Positions 41,690 through 52,085 of a stretch of 64,000 nt of DNA are shown here, in pieces. The notes under the pieces are model-generated. The model saw only the letters and a list, made by a program, of their open reading frames with translations, was not told the DNA's origin and ran no database searches. Source of the DNA: Methanobacteriota archaeon (GTDB taxonomy: Archaea > Methanobacteriota > Methanobacteria > Methanobacteriales > Methanobacteriaceae); assembly GCA_963787255.1 (NCBI GenBank), contig CAWBCJ010000029.1, forward strand, positions 896,001 through 960,000. The letters run 5' to 3'. Position 1 is the stretch's first letter. Every line of letters starts with the position of its first letter. The position numbers and the translations under genes were made by a program.

Positions 41690-42445
41690 ATGTTAAATGA
41701 GGCTGAAATTTACAGTAAAGAGATGGATGAAATTAAAACAAAACTTGCAACCATCCACAGGGATATAAAAAATCTCATGGAAAACACCAATCAACAATAT
41801 CTTGATTTAATACTTTCAAACTCAAAAAAAGACTTTATCAACGCATTAAATGGCTATATTAGTCAGGACATCCAAAATGGTCTTGAAAAAGGAATGATAG
41901 ACAAGTGCGAAACGAAAGAAGAATGTAAACAAGTATTTTCATCATTCTTACTCAAAAATGCAGGCCTTATAAACCATGATAAAATCCCTGAAGAAACATT
42001 AATGGAAAATAAGGCAGAATTTAACAAAATTAAAGATGAAGCGCCGTACCAAAAGTGTGAAATTTGCTTTGAAGAAGCAAATAACCTTTTTGAAAAACAG
42101 CTAAGTTTAATGCGTTCTATGTGTATTTATAGCACTTCTGAAGAGAAAAAGCAGGATATATGCTCAATTTGCGAAGAAACCATGGTTAAGGACGTGCTTG
42201 AACCATTATCCAACAAACAAAGGCTTCAAATTTTAAAGGCCATGTCCAGTGAAACAAGAACTTTCTCTGCCCTATCTGAAATAACTAGCCTAAAAGGCGG
42301 TAATCTACTTTTTCATCTTCAAAAACTGCTTGATAGAGATATAATTATCCAACGCCACGAAAGAGGCGATTATATGCTAACTGACAAAGGATACAAACTA
42401 CTGGTAGTTTTAAGCGAAGTTTATGTACTTCTAGATGGAAAATAA
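41690..42445 (+). CDS. ArsR-like winged-helix regulator with Cys-rich N-terminal domain
   Basis: CxxxxxC, CEIC and CSIC motifs; C-terminal PLSNKQRLQIL...GGNLLFHLQKL...Y.LT.KG. Confidence 0.85.
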   Translation: MLNEAEIYSKEMDEIKTKLATIHRDIKNLMENTNQQYLDLILSNSKKDFINALNGYISQDIQNGLEKGMIDKCETKEECKQVFSSFLLKNAGLINHDKIPEETLMENKAEFNKIKDEAPYQKCEICFEEANNLFEKQLSLMRSMCIYSTSEEKKQDICSICEETMVKDVLEPLSNKQRLQILKAMSSETRTFSALSEITSLKGGNLLFHLQKLLDRDIIIQRHERGDYMLTDKGYKLLVVLSEVYVLLDGK

Positions 42446-42467
42446 CTTTTTTTATGATATTTTAATA

Positions 42468-43139
42468 TTAAAGGCCATTATTTGCAGTAAAAAGGGCAGA
42501 TTTATACAAATTTTCCCTAACATCTGGTACAATTCCTTCTAAAAATGTTAAAAAATCCTCAGGAGTCTCATAATTTTGATTCAATTCCTCATGAGGTTTA
42601 TTTTCAATCCATGAGCATATCCATGCCTTTGGAATGTTTATCAGTGGATAAATCATTTTTTTGTCATCAAAAAGCTCAATAGAGCTTAATAACTCGATTT
42701 TTTCTCCACTCATCATTGAATTAATAATATTCCCCGTCTCATGGTCAAGTGTAAGTGCTAATGCAATTGAATCGATATTTAAACCCATTGATTCGCTAAT
42801 AGCGTTACCAAAAACAAGTTTAATCCCATACTTTCGTTGATATGGTTCTAAAATTACATGAAGCGCAAAATTAAGGGGATCATCATTTTTAACCAAAAAA
42901 ATTTTCTCTTTAGGGCGAATGCTGTGTGCTAGATTTCTTGAAGCCCTTGTGCAGATTTTCTGAAATATCTTCGACCGCACCACTTCCATTTCAGGATAAA
43001 CATTCAAAAATACCCATTCCTTTTTCCTTGAAAATCTGGAAAACTTTAAATTATTTATAAATATCTTATTTTCCATTATGCTTACAAATCTTGTGTCTAC
43101 ACCCGTTTTTTGTAAAAATTTGACCAGATCTCTGTCCAT
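42468..43139 (-). CDS. Hypothetical protein, possibly a degenerate TtcA/PP-loop ATPase relative
   Basis: IALALTLD.E...IYPLINI...FLE...PDVREN resembles the TtcA C-terminal half; no intact SGGKDS. Confidence 0.5.
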   Translation of the reverse strand: MDRDLVKFLQKTGVDTRFVSIMENKIFINNLKFSRFSRKKEWVFLNVYPEMEVVRSKIFQKICTRASRNLAHSIRPKEKIFLVKNDDPLNFALHVILEPYQRKYGIKLVFGNAISESMGLNIDSIALALTLDHETGNIINSMMSGEKIELLSSIELFDDKKMIYPLINIPKAWICSWIENKPHEELNQNYETPEDFLTFLEGIVPDVRENLYKSALFTANNGL

Positions 43140-43506
43140 TATATCACATTTAATATAATAATCTATTTTTAAATTTAATAGTTCTGTAAGCTACCAATTA
43201 TTTCTTTTTTTAAGTTTATAGAATATTATCTTTTTATTTTTTCATATTTATTTACTGTTTAATTTATTTATTTTACTTACAATCTTTGGAACTAGAAATA
43301 AAACTTATTTTGTTATTTATTTGGTTCTACTGATAATTCAAGGATTAATATTGATTTACACTTTCCTATTATGTATCTATTATTCACAAGTTAAAAAAAT
43401 ACAATCAGTTAGACGGCGAAATTTTAGAAACTAATGGCGATAATCCCCTAATTAAAATAAAAAATTTTTTATATATTTAAAAAGAAATCATATAAATGGG
43501 ATTATA

Positions 43507-44436
43507 ATGCTTAAATTGTTCGGTAAGAAATCAAAAGAAAAAGAGAGGGATATTCTGGAGTTAGATATTTCAGAACCGGTTGATTGTCTTTGTGATTTTA
43601 CATATAATTTTTACTGGCAGCATAAAGGGGAAAAACTCCAGCCAGAATGGAAAATTTCAGGAAATGAAATTACTTTTAAGGATCTAGTGGAACATCTTAA
43701 AAAAGGCGGTTCAGTAAAAATAAAGGGCAATATAGGGCACCGCTTATGCTCCAGCATGGGTGTAGATATAAAATATTTCGGCGGAAGCGGTAAAGAAACC
43801 GACGTTGGAGATGTAATTGTTGATGGTGACGTAGATACTCGAATGGGAATAAGCATGGTCAAAGGGAGTATCTATGTTAAAGGAAAGGTTAAAGAGCCTT
43901 TTGGAAATTTAGTTGAAGTTAAATCAGATATGAAAAACTATAAAAAGTTTAAGTCTATAACTGACCTTGTAATGAATGGTCTTAATGGAGAAAAACTGAA
44001 AGGAAGTCAAATAACAGTTAATGGCATTTTCATAAACGATGGGGTTGTTAGAGATACTGTAGGCTCCAGGCTGGATAAAGAAGCGGAAATAATTGTAAAT
44101 GGAAATGTTGATTTAAGTACAGGGATTTTAATGCGAAAGGGTACTGTAAGGGTCAATGGTAACGCTGGTAAAAACACAGGAGCTTTATTAAACGGTGGAA
44201 CAGTTGTTATAAATGGTAAATGTGATGATTTTACAGGTATAGATATGATTAAAGGCACAATAATTGTAAACGGAAATGCAGGGAAGTTCCTAGTCGCTAA
44301 TAAAAAGAGTGGAGTTGTTTTTTCTAGAAATGGAAGTCCAATACCTCCGGCAAGTGAAAAAGATCTCTTAAGTGAAGATAGTGCAATGCTTGTTAAATTT
44401 GGATTCAATCCAAGGGAATTTAAAAAATTTGAGTAA
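43507..44436 (+). CDS. FwdC/GltB domain-3-like GXGXG beta-helix protein
   Basis: Repeated G-x-M-x-x-G-x-I-x-V-x-G units ([39 protein letters not shown]). Confidence 0.8.
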   Translation: MLKLFGKKSKEKERDILELDISEPVDCLCDFTYNFYWQHKGEKLQPEWKISGNEITFKDLVEHLKKGGSVKIKGNIGHRLCSSMGVDIKYFGGSGKETDVGDVIVDGDVDTRMGISMVKGSIYVKGKVKEPFGNLVEVKSDMKNYKKFKSITDLVMNGLNGEKLKGSQITVNGIFINDGVVRDTVGSRLDKEAEIIVNGNVDLSTGILMRKGTVRVNGNAGKNTGALLNGGTVVINGKCDDFTGIDMIKGTIIVNGNAGKFLVANKKSGVVFSRNGSPIPPASEKDLLSEDSAMLVKFGFNPREFKKFE

Positions 44437-44559
44437 TGATTTTTTTTTACATATTCAATAACTTTTAATTATACGAATAACTATTCAATTTAGGAATGAT
44501 TTTTGAAATAAAATTTATGATATACATTTAATCTAATGAATATTTTTAGGAGTAATTTC

Positions 44560-45168
44560 ATGATAAGCATTATTGATTACGTAAGTCAAGTTGCAATTAA
44601 TCTTATAGAGTATTTGGGATACTGGGGAGTATTTTTAGGAATGACTTTAGAAAGTGCATGTATTCCGCTTCCAAGTGAAGTAATAATGCCATTTGCCGGA
44701 TTTGTTGTTTGGGAAGGAAAAATGACCCTTTTGGGAATAACAATTGCCGGAGTTCTTGGAAATTTACTTGGCTCATGGATAGCATATTTTGTCGGATTAA
44801 AAGGTGGAAGACCATTTTTAGAAAAATATGGCAAATATTTCCTTATAAGCCACAAAAAGCTTGATATGGCCCACGATTGGTTTGAAAGATATGGCCACGA
44901 GGCAGTTTTTATAAGCAGAATGCTGCCGATTATACGAACTTTCATTTCCCTTCCTGCAGGTATAGCTGAAATGAACTTTAAAAAATTCAGTATTTACACA
45001 TTATTAGGTTGTATCCCATGGGTTCTTTTTTTAGGTTACGTAGGAGTATTTCTAGGGCCGCACTGGGAGACCATAAGGAGTTACTTCCATATTTTGGATA
45101 TAGTTGTTGGAATAGGAATTGTGGTGGCTATTATTTACATTATATACCACTACCGGGTTAAGGATTAA
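44560..45168 (+). CDS. DedA family membrane protein
   Basis: LESACIPLPSEVIMPFAG, SRMLPIIRTFISLPAG. Confidence 0.93.
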   Translation: MISIIDYVSQVAINLIEYLGYWGVFLGMTLESACIPLPSEVIMPFAGFVVWEGKMTLLGITIAGVLGNLLGSWIAYFVGLKGGRPFLEKYGKYFLISHKKLDMAHDWFERYGHEAVFISRMLPIIRTFISLPAGIAEMNFKKFSIYTLLGCIPWVLFLGYVGVFLGPHWETIRSYFHILDIVVGIGIVVAIIYIIYHYRVKD

Positions 45169-45194
45169 AATAAATAAATTAAGTTCTTTTTCTA

Positions 45195-45533
45195 TCAGTA
45201 TCTTAAAACAAGAATTGATGCAATTATCATATATACAACAACTCCGGCAGCCAGCGAAATTCCAAAATTATATTTAGGAATTAAATACAGGACTATAATT
45301 AAATATAGAATCCAGGCGGGTGTAAGTATAAGTAAACCTTTGACATAATATGCCACAGCTTCTGAGCCAGCTGCAGAATATATTGTAAATATAGTAAAAG
45401 CCGTTACAAATGGAAACATCGCAAAAAACGCTGCAATTAACCCTTTTTTCTCACTTCCAAAGTAGGTGGCTAAAGTTACTATTAATCCACCTAAAATAAA
45501 ATATATTAAATATTTTAAAGCTTCTCCCATCAT
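45195..45533 (-). CDS. DUF3147/GlpM-like 4-TM membrane protein
   Basis: FILGGLIV...GLIAAFFAMFP; hydrophobic throughout. Confidence 0.65.
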   Translation of the reverse strand: MMGEALKYLIYFILGGLIVTLATYFGSEKKGLIAAFFAMFPFVTAFTIFTIYSAAGSEAVAYYVKGLLILTPAWILYLIIVLYLIPKYNFGISLAAGVVVYMIIASILVLRY

Positions 45534-45708
45534 AAAAATAACCATAACAATTTAGAGCTCTGATTATAATATGATCTAAGTAATAATTATATTTTATTTG
45601 TTAGTAAATTTAATAATCCTAAAAATAGTTCTGCTATTAGTTACAATAATATTTAATAAGGCATCTTTAAACATTAAGATAATATATTTAAAAAAATTTG
45701 GTGTTAAA

Positions 45709-46671
45709 ATGAAAATTTCAAGTACATGGAAGTTGAATCTCAGATTATTGCTTGCAGGAGCACTGCTTTTTGTTCTGATTTATGTTATAATAGCTGCAGT
45801 TGGCTATTACTTTGGATTTGGAGGACCACTAATCTATGGAATTTTTTTAGGAGTCTGGGTTTTAGCTCAGTATTTGCTAGGTCCGAAGATGGTTGAGGCC
45901 ACAATGAAGGTGAGATATGTTTCAGAAGCAGAAGCTCCAAAACTGCATCAAATGGTGGAAGATTTAGCAGTTAAAGCAGGTATTCCAAAACCAAAAATTG
46001 GAATTTCTGAAACCAGTGTACCAAACGCTTTTGCATTTGGAAAAAGTAAAGGAGACGGCCGTATATGTATTACAAGGGGAATTTTAAATTTATTAAACGA
46101 AAATGAACTTAAAGCAGTTTTAGGTCATGAAATGTCCCATATTAACCACAGCGACATGATAGTTATGACTTTAATAAGTGTTGTACCTCTTATTTGTTAC
46201 TTCATCTTCATCAGCACCCTCTTTTCAGATGGAGACCGGGAAGGGGGAACTGCAATAATTGGTATCGGAGCTTTAGTTGCTTATTTCATTAGTAATTTGC
46301 TCGTGCTCTTTGTATCTCGTGTTAGAGAATACTATGCGGATGAGGGAAGTGTTGAATTGGGAAATCAGCCAAATCATCTTGCAAGTGCACTTTATAAATT
46401 GGTTTACGGCTCTGCAAGGGCTAATAAAGATGAATTGAAGGAAGTGGAGGGCTTAAAAGCATTTTTTGTAAATGACATTTCAGATGCAAAAAATGAAATA
46501 GAAAGTCTTAAATCAATGGATTTAGATATGGATGGTTCTATAAGTGAAAGTGAACTTGCACAGATTAAATATACTGAAACAAGAGTTGGTTCAGGCGCTA
46601 AAATCATGGAATTATTTTCAACTCATCCTAATATGGTGAAAAGAGTTAAAAGACTCGCAGAAATGAGCTAA
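45709..46671 (+). CDS. htpX: Zinc metalloprotease HtpX
   Basis: PNAFA, LGHEMSH, SRVREYYAD, FSTHP. Confidence 0.93.
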   Translation: MKISSTWKLNLRLLLAGALLFVLIYVIIAAVGYYFGFGGPLIYGIFLGVWVLAQYLLGPKMVEATMKVRYVSEAEAPKLHQMVEDLAVKAGIPKPKIGISETSVPNAFAFGKSKGDGRICITRGILNLLNENELKAVLGHEMSHINHSDMIVMTLISVVPLICYFIFISTLFSDGDREGGTAIIGIGALVAYFISNLLVLFVSRVREYYADEGSVELGNQPNHLASALYKLVYGSARANKDELKEVEGLKAFFVNDISDAKNEIESLKSMDLDMDGSISESELAQIKYTETRVGSGAKIMELFSTHPNMVKRVKRLAEMS

Positions 46672-46762
46672 TTAACTTCATTTTTTTTTAAAAGAACACT
46701 ATTAAGATCTATTTTTGGAAATGTTGAAAAGACTGTTAATTAAAGATTCAGATTATTATATC

Positions 46763-46960
46763 CTATTTTTTAATTATTTCCTGCACTCGACCTATCTGTC
46801 CGTCTTGCAGTCTTACTTTTATTCCATGGGGATGGAATGAAGAATTAGTCAGTATGTCCTTAACAAAACCTCGAGTTTTTCTTCCAGTACGCTGGTCTTT
46901 TTTTAAAACGATGTAAACCTCGATTCCCGGAGATATATTTTTTCTATTTTTTCCATCCAT
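46763..46960 (-). CDS. YwbE (DUF2196) family protein
   Basis: IVLKKDQRTG..T.G.VKDILT....HPHGIKVRL.DGQIGRVQ. Confidence 0.9.
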   Translation of the reverse strand: MDGKNRKNISPGIEVYIVLKKDQRTGRKTRGFVKDILTNSSFHPHGIKVRLQDGQIGRVQEIIKK

Positions 46961-46997
46961 TTAATACACCTTTAACTCATATTAAAATAAAAAATAT

Positions 46998-47019
46998 TGT
47001 GGATTCTTTTAAATCCACA
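46998..47019. terminator. 8-bp stem hairpin directly after the S26 peptidase stop
   Basis: TGTGGATT-CTTTTA-AATCCACA. Confidence 0.45.
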
Positions 47020-47655
47020 TCAATAAATCTTTACCACTCCAACGATGTTTTCACGAGGGAGCCAAGTATCTAGAGGGGTCTTTTTAAAGGTATCAATTTC
47101 CACGAGACCGTTACCAAGATTCTTTTCCGTGGTAAAATATTCCACATTTCGGTTATCGCTCATTAAATAGACCCTATTATCTTCTATTTTCTTTAATCGT
47201 TTTACAATCAACCCATAATCTGGATGTATGGCCACTACGATGTCATCTACCTTATAATCCTTGGTTTTAAGTACAATTATGCTCTGACCATCTTTTAGTG
47301 TTGGAACCATTGATGTACCGCTTACTGTGGCCGGCATGGGGAGTTGGTTAGTTCCAAACTGGGAATTAATAGTAACTGTTGCCGTGTAATTATACTTTTT
47401 AGCAATGGCATTCATATCATTTCCAATGCTTTCCACTGTACTATTTGATTCAATTATTTGTTCTGCGGCCTTTTGCTGCATTTCATCCTTCATTCCCACA
47501 GGAGTGATGAAAATGGATGATATTTTTACGGTGGTTTCAGAACCATTAGTATCGATGGTTACTCCAACGCTGTTGGTGCTCTGCATTACAAATGCAGAAG
47601 CAGCTATAATTCCTATAATAATTATTCCTATAATTATCCATGTACGTGATTTCAA
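47020..47655 (-). CDS. Membrane-anchored S24/S26 (signal-peptidase-like) protein
   Basis: VSGTSMVPTL (Ser), IVKRL (Lys), SDN, ENIVG; start overlaps the aroD stop. Confidence 0.85.
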   Translation of the reverse strand: MKSRTWIIIGIIIIGIIAASAFVMQSTNSVGVTIDTNGSETTVKISSIFITPVGMKDEMQQKAAEQIIESNSTVESIGNDMNAIAKKYNYTATVTINSQFGTNQLPMPATVSGTSMVPTLKDGQSIIVLKTKDYKVDDIVVAIHPDYGLIVKRLKKIEDNRVYLMSDNRNVEYFTTEKNLGNGLVEIDTFKKTPLDTWLPRENIVGVVKIY

Positions 47656-48323
47656 TCAATCACCGCCAATTTTTGTAAGATATCTTTAGTAGTTTGAATA
47701 TCCAACTGTCCTGGTGCGGATTCCTTGCCAATTGATGCAAATGTAATGGGTGATCCGAAAATTGGAGCTACTAATCTTGTGTATTTTCCAATTTCTCCCA
47801 TTGCAATTCCAATGGTGTTATGTACCTCGGATAACACATTTAAAACAGTTAAAGTATCTTTATTGTTATTGGGCATTACTGCAAACTTTGCAATGTCTCC
47901 AATTTCTTTTTCTTTCTTTACCACGTCCAAAAGTTCTGCAAAAGAAGGAGTTTTTTTGAAATCATGATATGATATTATTGATGATTTTGAAGCTTTTATA
48001 ACTTTTTCTTGCAGCTTATTCTCTGTATGGAGCTCTATATCTACAATATCTGCATTTTTAGCTGCTTTTATTAAAATTGAAATCCTTTCTTCTTCTGAAC
48101 CATTGAAAAAACCGCCTTCACTTTTCATGCGGTTAGTGGCAATTAAGGGGTAGTTAATTTCTTCAATGAGGTTTTGAACGTCGTTAGCATCAGGATTTTC
48201 CAGTGCATCGATTCTAAATTCAAGAATATCTGCGCCTAAGTCAATTGCTTTTTTTGCAGATTGAAGTACTGATTCAGATTTTTTTTCAAGAATTGGAGCA
48301 CAAATCATTGGTTTTTTAAACAT
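47652..48323 (-). CDS. aroD: Type I 3-dehydroquinate dehydratase
   Basis: EFRID, TNR...EGG, ISYHDF, IAKFA, AMG..G..TR, APGQ. Confidence 0.95.
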   Translation of the reverse strand: MFKKPMICAPILEKKSESVLQSAKKAIDLGADILEFRIDALENPDANDVQNLIEEINYPLIATNRMKSEGGFFNGSEEERISILIKAAKNADIVDIELHTENKLQEKVIKASKSSIISYHDFKKTPSFAELLDVVKKEKEIGDIAKFAVMPNNNKDTLTVLNVLSEVHNTIGIAMGEIGKYTRLVAPIFGSPITFASIGKESAPGQLDIQTTKDILQKLAVID

Positions 48324-48698
48324 CAGTAATACCTTTTTAATTTTTTATTTAATGTTGGTCTAATTAAATTTACGTATCAATCAATAAATTAATAGATAGT
48401 TTATCTAAATTTTCGCCATATTAATTTATTTAAATCTTGTGAATAACATTAATAAATTCGCAAATCTATAAAAAGAAGTTCATTGAAATATAGCTTATAT
48501 AATATTAAGGTACGTTCATGACTTTAAGATAGTGCAAAAAACATTTCATGCATTGATATTTAGTGTAAGTTTAATTAAACACATGATTTATTTGAATTAC
48601 TTGATAAATCTTTCAGGGAATCAAATAAAAGTTCATTAAATGTTATACTTGAAAATTGAAGGCGAGTGTTATTAAGTTTAATTATTAAGGGTGATTAT

Positions 48699-49436
48699 TT
48701 GAAATTAACTGCAATTGGTGCAGATGTCTCAATAAATGATGTTTCATGCAGTAAATCTCTTATCTGTAGTATAGAAAAGGATATTTCAACTCTAATAGAT
48801 GTGGGGGCATATAAAGCAGCTTTAACTAATGTTACAGGAGATGACCTGGTTATAAGTGCTTTTGTTGAAAATGATATGCTTGAATCCGTTAATTCGGGAA
48901 TAATTGAAATATTAAAGAAAAACGCTGAAAATCTTGGTGATGTGGCAGGAATATCAGATTCTCCTTTGGAAGCTGGGGAAGGTATTTCTTACGCTGAAGC
49001 AAAAATAAGGCAAGATAGATATCCTGATGCTGTAATAGTTGCATTTGATACATACGGTGGAGAGGAAATTGTTGGAAAAGTTGCAGATTCAGTGATGAAA
49101 GCAGCAAAAGGTATGGATGATGTAAATGATATTGGAGGCGGCGCTGTGGAAGGAACACTAAAAATACCGGGCGTAGGTTATGTTTCAAACCAGACTGATG
49201 ATCCAGTAGTAATTGCAACAATAGACAATATAGAAAGTGTAGGCATCGTAGCGGGTGCAATGATTGGCGCTGCTCTTGGAAATCAACATGTACGCCTTGT
49301 TCGGAGCAGAACACCATCTTATTTAATACCAAGAGGCGTTATAATGTCAGTTACAGCATTTATGAATGGGAATGTTATGGATTTAGCTCTTCCTTTATCA
49401 GAAAGGATGAGAGTTTTTGGAGATGTGAATAAATGA
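48699..49436 (+). CDS. Conserved-looking hypothetical protein translationally coupled to sucD
   Basis: Long ORF; TTG 48699 after GGTGA; stop overlaps the sucD ATG. Confidence 0.75.
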   Translation: MKLTAIGADVSINDVSCSKSLICSIEKDISTLIDVGAYKAALTNVTGDDLVISAFVENDMLESVNSGIIEILKKNAENLGDVAGISDSPLEAGEGISYAEAKIRQDRYPDAVIVAFDTYGGEEIVGKVADSVMKAAKGMDDVNDIGGGAVEGTLKIPGVGYVSNQTDDPVVIATIDNIESVGIVAGAMIGAALGNQHVRLVRSRTPSYLIPRGVIMSVTAFMNGNVMDLALPLSERMRVFGDVNK

Positions 49437-50293
49437 TAATTCTTGACGGGAATACAAGATGCATTGTGCAGGGAATTACCGGAAAGCAGGGATCTTTCCA
49501 TACAGAGCAGATGCTGAACTACAACACAAAAATTGTGGCAGGAACATCCCCTGGAAAGGGAGGCCAGAAATTTAGTTCTGTGAATGTCTATAACTCCATA
49601 GAAGAAGCAAAAGAAGAATTAGACATTAATACGTCAATTATTTTTATTCCAGCGCCATTTGCAAAGGATGCTGCATTTGAAGCAATTTCACAACTTGATA
49701 CTGTAATTATAATTACAGAACACATTCCAGTTCATGATACCATGGAAATTGTTGAATACGCTAAAAGGAAAGATACAACCTTGATAGGACCTAATACTCC
49801 CGGAATAATTTCTCCAGGAGTTGGAAAGCTTGGAATAATGCCAACTCACATTTTTGATCCTGGAAACATTGGAATAGTCTCCAGAAGCGGTACACTCACC
49901 TATGAAGTGGCATATCAGGTTACAAATGCCGGAATGGGTCAAAGCACATGTTTAGGTATCGGAGGCGATCCTGTTGTTGGAATGGACTTTTCAGACGTTC
50001 TGCAGAGGTTTGAAGAAGATAATGAAACCGATGCAATGGTGATGATAGGTGAAATTGGTGGCAATGCTGAGGAAAAAGCTGCTGAGTATATAGACAAAAA
50101 TATATCAAAACCGGTTATAGCTTACATTGCAGGAGTCACTGCTCCCCCTGGGAAAAGGATGGGACATGCTGGCGCTATAATTGAAGGAGAAAGCGGGACT
50201 GCAGAAAGTAAAATGAACGCACTCAAAGCAGCAGGTGTAGAAGTTGCAAGCAGGCCTTCTGAAATCGTTAATATTATTAAAGGTATTTTATAA
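49433..50293 (+). CDS. sucD: Succinate--CoA ligase alpha subunit
   Basis: [35 protein letters not shown]. Confidence 0.96.
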   Translation: MIILDGNTRCIVQGITGKQGSFHTEQMLNYNTKIVAGTSPGKGGQKFSSVNVYNSIEEAKEELDINTSIIFIPAPFAKDAAFEAISQLDTVIIITEHIPVHDTMEIVEYAKRKDTTLIGPNTPGIISPGVGKLGIMPTHIFDPGNIGIVSRSGTLTYEVAYQVTNAGMGQSTCLGIGGDPVVGMDFSDVLQRFEEDNETDAMVMIGEIGGNAEEKAAEYIDKNISKPVIAYIAGVTAPPGKRMGHAGAIIEGESGTAESKMNALKAAGVEVASRPSEIVNIIKGIL

Positions 50294-50478
50294 CGATATT
50301 TCAGCCTTTGTTGAAGTGGAAATATAATAGCAATAATATAATATTTATACCAATATTTCTAAAAGTTAATACTAAATATAAATTCATGCAACCAGGCAAA
50401 TAATATAAAAATCCACTAATTATATAAATTATAACTAAATTTTCAATTTAAACTTTTAAAAAACATATCGTGAGAATT

Positions 50479-51690
50479 ATGGTAAATGAAAGAGAAATAA
50501 TAGATAAATTAGTAAAAGGCGATATTAAACTTCATGAAATAGAAAAACATACTGAAAACGCTGACCAGGCAGTTGCAATCCGGAGAAAGTTTGCAGAAGA
50601 AATCAGCGGTGCAGAACTTAAAAATATTTCTAATTACTCAATTAACATGGAACTAGCATCCAAAAAGAACATTGAAAATTCGATAGGTGTTATTCAAATA
50701 CCTTTAGGTATTGCAGGTCCTTTAAAAGTTAAAGGAGACCATGCAGACGGAGAATTTTATGTGCCTCTTGCGACATCAGAAGGAGCACTTGTAGCATCTG
50801 TAAATAGAGGTTTTTCAGTTATATCCGAATCTGGTGGGGCTATTACAAAAATACTTGACGATAAGATGACAAGAGCACCTGTTTTAAAAGCCAAATCTGT
50901 AACAGACGCGCTTGAGATAAAAGCATGGATTAATGAAAACTTTAAAGAACTTAAAAAAGCTGCAGAAGTAACCACAAGGCATGGAAGACTTATAAAAATT
51001 GATCCTATACTTGTCATTGGAAAATATATTTATCCAAGGTTTGTATATACCACTGGAGACAGTATGGGGATGAACATGGTTACAATAGCCACTGAAGCGG
51101 CTTTAAACCTGTTGACATATAAAACAGGGGCACATTTAATTGCTTTAAGTGGAAACGCATGCGTTGATAAAAAACCATCATCATTAAACCTCATTGAAGG
51201 AAGAGGAAAAAGTGTAACAGCTGAAATAGTTGTTCCAAGGGCCATAGTTAAAAATAAGCTTAAAACAACCCCTGAAGCAATAGTTGAAGTTAATATAGCT
51301 AAAAATCTAATAGGATCTGCAGTTTCAGGCAGCATGGGTTTCAACGCTCACTACGCTAATATGATCGGAGCTATATTTTTAGCAACAGGACAGGACGAAG
51401 CGCATATAGTTGAAGGGAGCATAGGAATAACCACTGCAATGGTAGAAGATAATGGAGATCTTTATTTTGCAGTTACACTTCCTGACGTGCCTGTAGCAAC
51501 TGTTGGGGGAGGAACTAGCATTGAAACCGCAAGAGAATCCCTTGAAATAATGGGTGCTTATGGAAACGAAAAGGTTCATAAGTTTGCAGAAATCGTTGCT
51601 GGAACTGTTCTTGCTGGAGAACTTTCATTGATGGGCGCACTGGCAGCAGGGCATCTTGCAAGGGCCCATAAAGATTTGGGAAGGGCTTAA
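50479..51690 (+). CDS. hmgA: HMG-CoA reductase (NADPH)
   Basis: IENSIG, PLATSEGALVAS, GDSMGMN, DKK, GQD.AH, GTVLAGELS. Confidence 0.96.
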   Translation: MVNEREIIDKLVKGDIKLHEIEKHTENADQAVAIRRKFAEEISGAELKNISNYSINMELASKKNIENSIGVIQIPLGIAGPLKVKGDHADGEFYVPLATSEGALVASVNRGFSVISESGGAITKILDDKMTRAPVLKAKSVTDALEIKAWINENFKELKKAAEVTTRHGRLIKIDPILVIGKYIYPRFVYTTGDSMGMNMVTIATEAALNLLTYKTGAHLIALSGNACVDKKPSSLNLIEGRGKSVTAEIVVPRAIVKNKLKTTPEAIVEVNIAKNLIGSAVSGSMGFNAHYANMIGAIFLATGQDEAHIVEGSIGITTAMVEDNGDLYFAVTLPDVPVATVGGGTSIETARESLEIMGAYGNEKVHKFAEIVAGTVLAGELSLMGALAAGHLARAHKDLGRA

Positions 51691-51719
51691 AAAAAACTTT
51701 AATTTATTATATATTTTAA

Positions 51720-52033
51720 TTGAATCATATTTTAGAGTCAATTAGACTTATTGAAGATTATAATAATTTAATAAAAGAAGATTTCTTAAACGATGATTTC
51801 ATTCAAGATGCTGTAACCTAAAGAATTAAGGTCATTTCAGAATTTGTAAACTACCTTTCAGAAGACTTTAAGATTTCATATCCTTCCATTCCTCGAATAA
51901 CAATTCAAGTGTAAAAGAAACTCTTGAAAATGAAGAAATTCACCGGGAAATGATATGGGTCATAATAGAAAATGAAATATCTCTTTTAAAGAAAGAAATT
52001 TTAAAAATAAATGAAGTTAAATTAAGCTATTAA
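51720..52033 (+). pseudogene. Decayed HepT-like (DUF86, HEPN) RNase toxin gene
   Basis: LNHILESIRLIEDY...FLNDDFIQDAVT*RIKVISE....LSEDFKISYPSIP, then in another frame EMIWVIIENEISLLKKEILKI; internal stop at 51819, frameshift, no Rx4H motif. Confidence 0.7.
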
Positions 52034-52085
52034 ATTTAATATTAACACTATTTAATCTAGATTCTAAATAGGAGAAAAATAAGAA

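Noticed and set aside
43405-43452. GGCGAT-containing segment as a fluoride riboswitch
   Set aside because: Lacks the complementary pairing and pseudoknot, and the downstream gene is not a fluoride-related type
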